DNA of 64,000 nucleotides, from positions 3,224,001 through 3,288,000 of the forward strand of contig CP075492.1 of assembly GCA_021613535.1 (NCBI GenBank), read 5' to 3'. The position numbers were made by a program, and so were the translations under genes. How positions within the stretch are numbered: the stretch's first letter is position 1; the number at the start of each line of letters is the position of its first letter. The DNA is from Adineta vaga (lineage: Eukaryota > Animalia > Rotifera). Below the pieces are notes generated by a model. The model did not search any database. It was not told the origin of the DNA and was given only the letters and a program-made list of their open reading frames with translations. Below are positions 51,201 to 62,370 of this stretch, piece after piece.

Positions 51201-51889
51201 GAGGAATTTTTGAAGTTGTTTTTGAAGAAGAAGAAGAAGATTTATTCATATCAATACGACTCAAAAAGAATTTGTTTTGCAGTAAGAAACGATTGAAATT
51301 TCATTCGTATTCACAAGAAAGAAGACAAACGACGCGTTTTTTTCTTCCTTTCGGATTCAATCGTAGATGTTTTCTGTTCATTTAAGGCGTAAGCAAAAGC
51401 AAATGTTTAAACAGTTACTCTTTCAAAACATGAAAGCTTTTTGTCTAAACATTCACACACACTCTCTCTCTCTCTTCTCTTCTCTTCTGTTTCACCTTTT
51501 CTGTTTCTCTATAAGAATGTGAAAAGTATACATTCTTTTGACATCATTACAAAGATCAGTATGAAATCTATTGGAATATTTGTCACATTGTTAATCTTGA
51601 TCTAAAAATCCCAATTAGAGCATTTGTTTCTTCATTAATATTGAATTCATAGTTGAACAAAAACTCAATATACGTTTATAAAGCGAAATCGAGTAAAAAA
51701 CACTTAATATTCTGAATCTATGATTGAATTGAATAAATCATTTTATAATTCAAAAAAAAAAACTGATTTGAATGGCAAGTTTCTCATGGAGTTGAGACAT
51801 TGATAAAAAGAAAACTGTTCTTTTATTCTGATTCGATTTAAATACAAGATCAGTTATGTAAAAGAGATGATAAAACAAGACTGAAATTC
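47680..51889. repeat. Near-identical ~1.17-kb direct duplication: 47680-48846 and 50722-51889
   Basis: The two segments are identical apart from a handful of substitutions and A-run length differences (duplicate ORFs 48156-48344 and 51197-51385 are identical). Each covers the 5' part of the gene and ~640 bp upstream. Confidence 0.93.
50469..51249 (-). CDS. Type II membrane protein with Cys-rich C-terminal ectodomain, paralog 3 of 3
   Basis: Same 4-exon structure; last exon contains ORF 50469-50765. Confidence 0.82.
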
Positions 51890-52793
51890 CAGACTAGGTC
51901 AGGTCAGAAAAAACTAGCCTTTTGGCAGCTCTGATGTAAACACGTTCACATTGGACTCGGCTAAATAGAAGAATAGGTTGCATTAGATGGAATGCCTGAT
52001 GAATATAAGATTGATTGATTGCTTATACGACCACACTTCAGTGATTGGAGAAAAAATGTGAAAACATAGGAATATCTCTGCATAAAAATTTATCAAAGAG
52101 TAATTGGGCAAGATGTGAAATTAGATGGTAGTTTTTGAAAATTCTGTATATGAATCGTCTGTCGATAGTTTGGAAACAGGATTTCCATGAGAAAGATTTG
52201 AGCAGGCCTTCGGAAGTAAGCTTCTGAAATTTCGTCAAATAAATTTCATTGAGTGCAATCGAGATGTCAATGGATGGTCGCAATTTGAAATAAGTTCTGA
52301 ATGAATAGAATGGTAAAGTATGTATGGTAACAAAATGAAGGAAAACGTTTTTGTTCAATCGAAATACGTCAGATTGCGCTTTTGGGAAGACGATACTAGT
52401 TGAAGAGAATGTTCTTTGAAACCGATGAGATTGCAGCTATAGAAATTTGTTGCCTACAAAATAGAAAACGGATTCTCAGTTATATAAACTATCATGAAAC
52501 TTGAATCAGCAGACATATCGTCAACAGTTTGCATTATACATTTTGCTGTATTGTTCTCAATAGAATCAGAGTAAGTGTATTTGTGGATAATCAATACATC
52601 AATTACTCTTACCCATATGCACATCGTTACTTTCGTATGATCAACTAATGTGATGTCAACAAACAAAAGAATAAGAATGGCTAATCGATCTTCACTACCC
52701 ATATAACATGGTTTTTTTAAAATTTGCATAATATCATCGCGTTTATTTTGAGAATGTAGGTAACGCTGAAACAGAAATAGTGAGAGAGGAGCG

Positions 52794-53360
52794 TCAGTCA
52801 GCATCAGCTATTTCAGCCAAAATATCACCATGACAAGCTTCCGGTTTGCACCAACAAGCAATGACACGACCTCGAAGTTCTTTTTTCGCTCGAGCTATAA
52901 GTTCTGGTTGATTGATAATCCAAGCACGATATTTTGCAATTCGTTCTGCCTTCTCTCCATCTCTACCAATACGAAATGGATTGCCCCACACTGATGGTCG
53001 ACCAATATAAACATCATAATTCGACTTTTTACAATGAACTACACGCGTTTTCTGTGTAATAATCGGTGTGGAATGGACAGATTCCATTACATCAGCAGAA
53101 TTTATTGTGGTTCTGGATTGAGCAGGAGAAATCTTCAACATTCGACCAGTCAATGAAGTTCCTTTGAGTGCTAATGCATTTTCATATGCTGTAACAGTAT
53201 TGAATTGAACAAATCCAAAACCACGACTTCGACCCGTAAGTTTGTCATGAACAATATTCACTGTATTCACATCACCACATGCGTTGTTGAAGAACGAATA
53301 AAGTTCTGATTCAGTAGTTGCAAAGGAAATGCTTCCAACAAAGATGGAATACGTTGCCAT
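52794..53360 (-). CDS. RRM - DUF4326 fusion protein (188 aa, intronless)
   Basis: N-terminal RRM with RNP2 IFVGSI and RNP1 RGFGFVQF. The C-terminal part, RVVHCKKSNYDVYIGRPSVWGNPF...YRAWI...ELRGRVIACWCKPEACHGDILAEIA, is the DUF4326 signature. Confidence 0.88.
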   Translation of the reverse strand: MATYSIFVGSISFATTESELYSFFNNACGDVNTVNIVHDKLTGRSRGFGFVQFNTVTAYENALALKGTSLTGRMLKISPAQSRTTINSADVMESVHSTPIITQKTRVVHCKKSNYDVYIGRPSVWGNPFRIGRDGEKAERIAKYRAWIINQPELIARAKKELRGRVIACWCKPEACHGDILAEIADAD

Positions 53361-53612
53361 GTGAGTATTTGACAGTTTTCTTTCAATGAGAAAATATGCA
53401 CTTTTGTTTTGTAATAACGATGTTAGTTGTGCAAGACTTATGCAATAACAAATTTATTTTTCATTGGTAATTGTAATGTCATATTATTTTTCTTCTACCG
53501 AGCGTTAGATACATGTAAACGAACGAAAATCTATGAAAGGAGAAAAATTATTTTTCGAATTATATATGTTAACAACATTGAACAAGGTTATTGGTAATTT
53601 GATATGGTATTA

Positions 53613-54113
53613 ATATCAATCGTCGACAAGACATTTCGTCAACAAGATATTTCGTCGACAAGATATTTTATTGCCTAATATTAGAGGAGACAGTATTGGT
53701 GTTCAATGAGTAAATATATTCATCATAGAGAACCACCCGCTTGCCTTTTGTCGTCACACTAAACTTGACGGTAACCGTGCGAGTTGCCATAATGAAGAAG
53801 AAAGTGAAGAAGAATTTGTAAATATAATAAGAGAAGTCGGTTGACCGACGCTATATCTATCAGCAGGCGACACTTGAGCCAATTAGTGGCAAAATACTTG
53901 TAATTTAGAACAAAGAAAGTTACATTGATCTCTTTTTTGTTACGTTCCAAAAGAGGAACACTTTTCATCAATTTGCTCAGTGCAAAATTGGATTATGAGT
54001 TTAGTTTTATTGATAAAGTAAATATACAACCATGAGAACAAAAGATTGATTGTTGACGAAACGACTAGTCGACGAAATATCGGTCGACAATATGTTTTGT
54101 CGACGAATGATAT
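53613..54113. mobile_element. Degenerate MITE (~500 bp) with inverted subterminal TTCGTCGACAA repeats
   Basis: ATATCAATCGTCGACAA (53613-53629) versus TTGTCGACGAATGATAT (54097-54113): 16/17 inverted match. Three to four tandem (T)TCGTCGACAA units lie at each end in opposite orientation. No clear TSD. Confidence 0.7.
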
Positions 54114-54335
54114 GTAATTCACTATTACGAATCTATACTGCAATTATTGACAAAATTTTACAGGAATGTTATAATAAATGAAGTTCGTGACAAAGACATT
54201 TTTCGACAGTAAATAAGAAGATCTATGAAGAGTTTTTCATATCAGTCTCAAACATTTTTACGGTTGCTGTTGACATAGAAAATATACTTGAGTAGTTTTT
54301 GTTATTCCGAAGATATCAGCTAGTGAATGAGAAAG

Positions 54336-54404
54336 CTTGAGGGTGTAGGTGTCGGTAAAACTCTTCTCTGAACCCGCATCCACACCCACACCCACACCCT
54401 GAAG
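54336..54404. repeat. Telomere-hexamer hairpin element at the truncation point of a mariner relic
   Basis: CTTGAGGGTGTAGGTGTCGGT-spacer-CCCGCATCCACACCCACACCCACACCCTGAAG. Confidence 0.75.
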
Positions 54405-54409
54405 ATGCG

Positions 54410-54898
54410 TTACCCATGAAGGATTTTAATGGCATGAGTACCTGATCGAGGTCTTTGTCTGTTAATTTCTTGAATAGCAGGTCTCAAACAGTTTCCGATG
54501 TAGTATTAGTGATCGACAGTTTGTTTAGATTCAATACGATGAATTAGAATCGGACCAGTAGATTTAAAGAAAATACAAAATAAAGTTGTCGGAGCTAATC
54601 TACTTCGTCGCACTATTGTAGGTGAAGGATCATCTATTGTAATATATGGATCATCGTCAACAATACTGCGTACTGGTTCAATATTCGCAAGAGTGGTCTC
54701 GGTTACAGATCTACCAGATCGTTGTTCATCTTTAATTTCTTCGCGACCTTCACAAAACTATTGTGTCCATCTCACAACCGTTCGAAAGGAAGGCGCTTCA
54801 TCACCAAAAACAGCACGCAGCTCATCATGAATAGTTGTTGTCTGAACATTAAGTGCGGTGCGCACTTTGATGTAAAAACGAAAATTTTCTTTGTCCAT
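54410..54898 (-). mobile_element. Degenerate mariner transposase (internally deleted, 3' truncated)
   Basis: Not in the ORF track because of stops: MDKENFRFYIKVRTALNVQTTTIHDELRAVFGDEAPSFRTVVRWTQ*FCEGREEIKDEQRSGRSVT...DPYITIDD / PTIVRRSRLAPTTLFCIFFKSTGPILIH...*YYIGNCLRP...KILH. The WVPHEL motif and first catalytic Asp are deleted, and it breaks just before HDNA. Confidence 0.88.
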
Positions 54899-55317
54899 TG
54901 TAAAAAATACGAATGAGGACTGTTAAGATTCGATTTAACTTTATCGAGTTCGCTTTTCTGTACATTATAATAGTACACGGCACGTGCACCGGAAAGAGAT
55001 ATTTGTCTTTGTATACATACGATAAACCGTAAAGTCCATAAAAGAATGGATATTGAAGACGATATACACTCATATAACCGGAACAAATGATACAAAAACT
55101 AGTCTTTCTCGAAGTTTATTATTATTATATCAATAGAAGTAGGATCAAATACCATAGAAAGAAAGAGCATTTTTTCTCTATCTTCCCATTTAAAAAGAAA
55201 ATTTTATGAAGCGTACTTTGCGGTACTAAAGTGTCACTGCCACTACTTTTGGCTACCCCTAAGTACAAATGTAGTGATAAACAATTTCATTTTTTGCTTC
55301 AAAAGTAAATATGTCCA

Positions 55318-55380
55318 GAGAGTGAGAGTGTGGATTAGGATGTTGTTATTCTCTCCATCTACCCTCACCCTCACCCTCCA
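55318..55380. repeat. Telomere-hexamer hairpin element, (CCCTCA)n arm
   Basis: GAGAGTGAGAGTGTGGA-spacer-TCCATCTACCCTCACCCTCACCCTCCA, ~110 bp downstream of the NACHT stop codon. Confidence 0.65.
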
Positions 55381-55491
55381 TGAAAAGAAAAAAAAACTTC
55401 ACAGTACTTATCACATTAAACAATGAAACTAATATAGAAAGAAAAGAGAATGCTGATACAAGTGTTCGAAAAAATGATTGAAATAACAGTT

Positions 55492-58400
55492 TCAAGTGCA
55501 CTCATTTGCAATTGATTGATAAGCTGCAAGAAAATAGTTTCTACGAAGATATAAAATCGATTTTTTGTTGTAATGACAAATTTTCTCACGAAAATGTTTC
55601 TCAATATCTTGTTCGATAAATAATTCATTTCGAAAATGTGGTAAGCTACGTTTTTTAATACAACTCAAATCTAATAAAAGTTCAAATGTCGAATCTTCAT
55701 CACTCCATTTCTTTTCTGTATGTAGCACTTTTCGAACTAACGGTGTAACATATTTATGTACTTCTAACAGAGATACAATCTCCGACTGAGCAAAACGAAC
55801 GAGTAATTTCAATATAGGTGAAAAACATACTGCTGTCTTATCTGATATGATGAATTCTAAATATTGAAATATAGTTTCAATAACATCTCGATCCGAGACA
55901 TCAGTGATATGTTGAATATATTTCCATCCAGCATTTTTATCAATAAAACCCCATCCACTACTTGTTTCAACAATATCCACTAATTTCAACATATCGATTA
56001 ATTCTCGAGTAATCACACCAAATGCAACATAAAGTTCAACTAATACAAGCCGATCGATTGTTTTATATGTTTGGTAGAAATATAATGAATATTCGCTTTT
56101 AAATGTCTCTTCACCAAACGAACTTCTTTGTAAAGCATCACAGAATACAAAGAAATTCTTGCTACAAAATTCCAACGCTAATTTAATATAATTCGGCACA
56201 GGATTTGCAAGATAATCAATATTTTCCTTTTGACATAAATAATTATAAACATCGACAACAAATGTATCAATAACATGAAGAAATATATCCGCATCAGTCA
56301 TAATCAATCTTTGCAACGTTTTATACAAAGCCAATTGTACATGTAGATAATATCTTTGTAGAATTGTTTTTTCTTGTTTAGTTTCAAACCAATCTAATAT
56401 AATCTTCCATGTTGGATTGGATTCACGTGCAAAAATTAAACAAAAACCTGTTCGAATAGAAATCAATTCGGATGACGATGTTTGAAAAAGAGTTACAAGT
56501 GTATTTTGCATATCAATTGACAGATTTCGGGATAATCGAAATTCGTTTAACTTAAGTACATAATTTCCATAGGTGAGCAAACAAACAGCGAGAATATCTT
56601 CGGAATATGTATGCCATGAATATATTATCTTTTCGATATGAAGAATAATTTGTTCTTGGAAAAGAACGTGCGTTTCTTGAAGAAAATCACTGGTAAATAT
56701 CGAATTGAGAGCAATTAATACCGCTTTTTGTATGTGAAAGTATTGTTTGTTATGAATAAATGTAAAGATGTTTTCGAAAAATTCATTCGAGAAGTGAATT
56801 CCATAAAATCGATGAACTGGAAGTTCAATTATCCATTTGAGAAGGACACCTATATGTTCGTGTTTAATATTTTCATCCATATGATGATCCGTGCTCAGAA
56901 AATTAATAATATATTCTTTAAGATAGATTTCCATACCATCCATACAAGCGTTTATCATCAATAGAAATGGTCTAGTTGATTTTTTCGAAGTTATTCGTTC
57001 GATTTCTAAATCAAAAATGAATTCGAAGATTTCCTTACAACGAATTGGAACGGAAATTTGAGAAGAATAACGAATATTTTCATGAAGACGAACGAAAACT
57101 TCACGAAGTAGAGAGGGATTCTTAGGTGGTACATAAAACAAATCTTGAATTATTAATTTTAAATCAAATTCAGTATCATTAGTAAAGAATTCATTCAAAA
57201 TTTCATTTAAATTTAGAACATTCAGACCATCTCTTACTAATATCAATGCAGCATAATATGCCAACATTCGTAAATTTTTATCCATTCGATAGTTGAGCCA
57301 TTTTTCAACAATAATTAAAGCTTGTTTTTCAATTGTCCTACATTCACATATTCTCTCAATCATTTTGTAATCTAAATCTTGTTGCTTTAACTGTTCGAGA
57401 TACTCTGTAATCCATACGGCTATCTCATGAGTGATTAATTTTAAATTTTGCAGTGGTGATGAGAGTATAATTTCTTTATTTGTATCTGCAAAAACGTGTA
57501 GAATTTGACTATCAAATGTTAATTCAGTTAAATACATGATGGATAGAAGAAGACGAGAATTTGATGATAAATTAAATGAATCTGTGTTGAGAAAATATTG
57601 ATGGAATATTAGAGAATGAAAATCAAGTAAATCAGATAAGTTTTCTGTTCGTTGTGCAAACTTTTTTAAATGATTCAAAATGTCGATATTATCGAAATGT
57701 TGTAAGGCAATAAATGCTGCTTGTTGTTCTTCGATTTGTATTCGATTTGTCGATATATTGTTGAATTTTTCACCAATTGCATGAATTAAACATTGAATAT
57801 TAATTGAATATATCTTGTGATATTGAATAAACAACAACGTTAAAACTGATAAGGAAATATTAGATAATTGTGATTCAAAAATATCTACGATTTCTAATTT
57901 GATTACATCTCTTTGTTCTTTCGTCAATATCAATGGTGCAGTCATATTTAACAAAATACTAAATACAGTTAGTCGTAAAACAGGATCGAATATATTTCGA
58001 ACTGCAAAATATAATTCTTTGCTATCGATTGTTAACGAGCTCGATGAATTATATTTTTCCCGATAAAGACGAGCAAGACAAATAGATGCTGCAAAAAGTT
58101 GTAAATCTTTTGTTTCATTTTGTTCTAATTTGATCGCGTCGCGAATACGTTGATATTCAGTTTCAATTAATATTTGCCAATCGTCGGATTGAATTATAAA
58201 CATCTGAGCTTTCATTGCTTGATAGAATTCATCACGTTCTTTATTTTGAAATCGTTTCGATTCGCCTTGTCTACAAAGTATGGTTGCATAATTTTCCAAC
58301 ATATTTTTTCGAAGTATTGGAAATAACAGAAATACAGCAAGATGAAAATTCATATCATAAGGATTCGCTTCATCTAAGGAACTTAAACAATGTGATAAAA

Positions 58401-61400
58401 GCATGAGAACAGATGTAGGAGACGCGTTATCATTGGAAGAATTAATCATGTAATTGAATAACGGTTGTAGAGATTGCGGTAGAAATGTTAGTAAGAAAAC
58501 TGATTCGTTTTGAAGTGTCTGTAAAGGATGAAGATTTTCAGCCATTTGTTTGACTTTTCTTTCAATAAGAGAATGACGAAAGTCTGATTGGTATTCTAAA
58601 TATCGATCGAATTTTTGTATATGAAAGATATCAAATTTGAACCAAGTTGATATTGAACCAATGTGAAGTTTTCTATAAGCAGCTGCACATGAAAATGTAA
58701 ATGTCAGAAGTTTTACATGACATCGATCCGATTGAATATGAAATTCATTGAGAATTGTTTCAATTTCTGATAGAAAATTACATTTATTCGATATAGAATC
58801 GAATGATTCAAAAAAATAAAACCATATTTGTTTGAATTTTTCCAAAGCGAGAAAAAATGCCGGATATTCTTGGTATTTTTTATAACTTAACAGTTGCGAA
58901 AGTCCTTGTAAACAAATCAATGCAATGAAAATATCAATCAAATAATCCGTTGATGAATATTTCTTGATCATATTTTCATATTCAATGATTAACATTTGAA
59001 TTTTAACCGAATGACTTTCAGTTCTATTCTTTAAGTAATCAATAATTGGATTCAGAACCGGTGATCGACGATGCATTTTTTCCGAAGAAAAATATATTTT
59101 ACTAAGATTATTTTCATGGGTAAAGTAGACACCACCACATACTGCAATGATGATCGAAAGTAATAAAGGATGAATTGATGATTCGAGAAATGAATTTGTA
59201 AAAATTTTATTAGGAAAATTATCCAACGAGACGACTCTTCGTAAAGTTTGATCGATGATAAAATATTCCGAAGAATTTTGAATATCGAATAACCATAATT
59301 GTTGATAGATAATAGGTGCTATTGTATTTGAATCTACTTTGTAAATTTTATCATTAGAACTGAAAACTTGTGTTATTAGACAATTACAAAATTGACGAAG
59401 ATTTTCTTCGTTTTTTAAATGTATTTGCATCCATTCTTTGGTTATATTTTCATTTAGTTTTGATAGAATTGGAAATAAATAAGTAGCAACAATTTTCTTC
59501 GATGGGTGACCTAATAAATTATTCAATCCGATAAATAAAATCGAGTTCGAAGGCAGTTTTTGTAGATTCTCTAATGTATCGCAGAATAAAATTATTCCAA
59601 ATGGAATTACGTATTCATCCGTTGATGAAAAAATTATATTACATAATTGATTGTAATCATCTAATGACCATTTCCAACTAATCCATTCGAATGTTAACAT
59701 AAGTGTTTCACGAAATTGAGAATCGATTGTAAATGAAAGTATACGTTGTGCAATTACTTCAATAGATGATCCTCGGAGAAGAGATTGTACCACAAAATAT
59801 TCTTGAAATGCTACATGTAAAAAGCCATAAACTTGTAAATCTCGTTCTGCAATAATTCCAACATTTGAATCGAGTAAAACAAGAAAGTCTTTTACATAAT
59901 CTCGTAATTTCTTACGATTATCAAATAATTGATTTCGTATGAAAGATGAATAACACAAATGTTCCATATCAAATGCATCAATTAACCCTGAGGTAGATTT
60001 TAATTTCAGATAACATGCAAGATCAATAAAAAAATTGAAGAGAACCTTTTCTGGTATGTCACATTTTTTATTCTTCCATGAATTCAATGTAGATTCAACG
60101 ACATAGTCACATACTTGAATTCGTGATTGAAATTCAATGTTGTTTGTTGATTGAAAAACAGTTCGACAAATTAAAGATAATAATAATGGATTTGATGTGA
60201 ATAATTCTGAACCTTTGTTAAACATTGTTTCGATAGTTTTATATCGTTTTTGCCATAAGGTTTGTGAAGATGTTTTGATACTTTGAGATATTTCTTTTTG
60301 TAAGATCATAAATACATTTTGTTCGATTTGTAAAAACCAATTTTTAATAAAATTGTTTGCTTCTTGATGATTCATTGGTGATATGAAATAATGAGAAATC
60401 AAGCCATCACGAAGGGAATGAAAATGATAGCCAACGATACGACTCGTGACAATTATTTGATTACTTATACGATTCTTACATCTTTTTATATCATGAATTT
60501 CGTTGAATAAATCATTTGAATTTCCAATACTTTGATAATCTAGCATATCTTTATCCATTGCAGAAACGAAACTAGGTGTACGTACATATTCATTGAGAAA
60601 TTGTCGGATATAATTTACGATCTCTCCACGACGTTGAATTTCAGTAATTTTATCTAGTCCATCTAAAAGAATTAAAGCATGACCATGATAGATAACTTCT
60701 TCCAGTACATTTTGATTATTCTTATCACAATAAGACATTGAATGCCAAGTATGATAGCCAATATAATCAAATAATGTTCCAATTGGATGCTGTTCATGCC
60801 ATAATGCAAATTCTTCAATATCGATCAAGATGGGAATACGAAAGTTGCGGATGTTACAATCTTTTTCCAAAGTATTCATTAAAGCAGAGTGGTGAATCCT
60901 TCTACAAATCGACAAGTGATCCATCGGAGTAAACATGTTTTACCACTTCCGGAACCTCCCAAAATGACAATCCATCTATCAACTTGTAGAATAAGTTCAA
61001 TATTAAGATGTTTATCTATCGTTCGAAGTTGCAGTTGTTCAGTTGAAGGTAAGAAGTTAGTTAGAGTATTGTTAGGTGTTATATATGACTCATTGTATTT
61101 AAAGGAGGAAGGAGCTAACATATCTATCGAACTTGCTTGACAGTTGAGAGGTATTTGAATATGTTTTAATTTTTCTTCAAGATATTTTCTTTTCTCAGAG
61201 CTAAGCATAATTTCTGTCGATCCGTAGATATTCAAAAGAAGGTCATTGAGATTCTCCACGACATTTTGTACTTGTATCATTGAATGGAAAGAAATACAAT
61301 TCAAGAAATAATCCATAAGTTGTGTCTTGTTTTCACAGAATATTTGATAAAAACATTTTCTTTCGCCGAAATGTTTTTGAAATTCTATTTTACGTTGTTC

Positions 61401-61733
61401 CAATTTCATCTCTAATTCCATTCTTTTCAAAAAATTTCTTTGAACACTGCTTTCATTTGCTTTATTCATTACGCTTCTTAATATACACTGTAAATCTTGA
61501 TGAATTTCAATCCAAATGCTAGCGGTTTTTAATGTATTCGAATCTATCATTCGCTTCAGTCGTTGACAGAATAGTCGATACCAATCATTTTTTGCCAGGT
61601 CTAGTTCCAATAGTCGATTGAAATCATTACGAATATCAATAAATCGAATTACTGTTACATCGGAACATAATTCGGACGAAGATTCTAATATTTCATTAAT
61701 CAAATTTACTGCACGCACGATTACCTGATCCAT
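55492..61733 (-). CDS. Large (~2,080 aa) intronless NACHT/STAND NTPase with long helical C-terminus; one-base frameshift just after Walker A
   Basis: Walker A VILGGSGSGKT in ORF 60879-61733. ORF 55492-60936 carries RIPILI, Walker B LILLDGLDK, IIVTSRIVGY, NPLLLSLIC and the winged-helix YGFLHVAFQEYF. The frames join at ~60897 (RFVEG/IHHSAL). Confidence 0.85.
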
Positions 61734-62370
61734 GGAATCGATTGTAAAATCAGCGGTATCTTAGAAAAATCTACAATTTAATAGAATCAATAATATAAAT
61801 TCGCTCTATTATTGCTGATCAACAGAAAAAATGTAAACTTTTTCTTTTCATTTAAAGTCATTTGAATAAAACATGTGCATGATTGTCAACGAATTCATTC
61901 GTTCGGTCTGTTTATTTGAATAACATTTGTATTTCATCAAAAGTTACATACACAAATAGTATCTAGGAACCCAAATGAGAATATACGAGACGTTTTTAAG
62001 GATCTACTTTATGTTCTGTTTATTAACCCACTTTGATAGCATTGAATTTGAACTATATAAACAAGTGAGTTAATCCGTATCTATCAAAATGTATCAAACA
62101 AAAGAAAGATTTTTAACTAGATTTTGATGGTATAAAAATAGTAAAACAATGAATGATCTATGTCAATTTTAAAAGTATATCTTTATATTGCGCCATAAAG
62201 AACAGACATGTTTGCATATTTCTTGTCGTATTTTTAGAAATAAAATGTTTTATTACTCTACTATCGACCAATAGAATTTTATGTCATAATAATTCATAGA
62301 ATTCATGAGGTACGTCTCGCTACCTCCATCGTTTGTTTGCACAGAAACGAGCTACTAAAATTTCTGTTCT

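Noticed and set aside
52038-52804. ORFs 52038-52358 and 52454-52804
   Set aside because: Non-ATG starts and no motifs; the second overlaps the RRM-DUF4326 stop and is probably 3'UTR.
53613-53670. Short regularly spaced repeats that could suggest a CRISPR array
   Set aside because: Units are ~16 bp with no unique spacers, are mirrored 450 bp away as MITE subterminal repeats, and no cas genes are present in this eukaryotic context.
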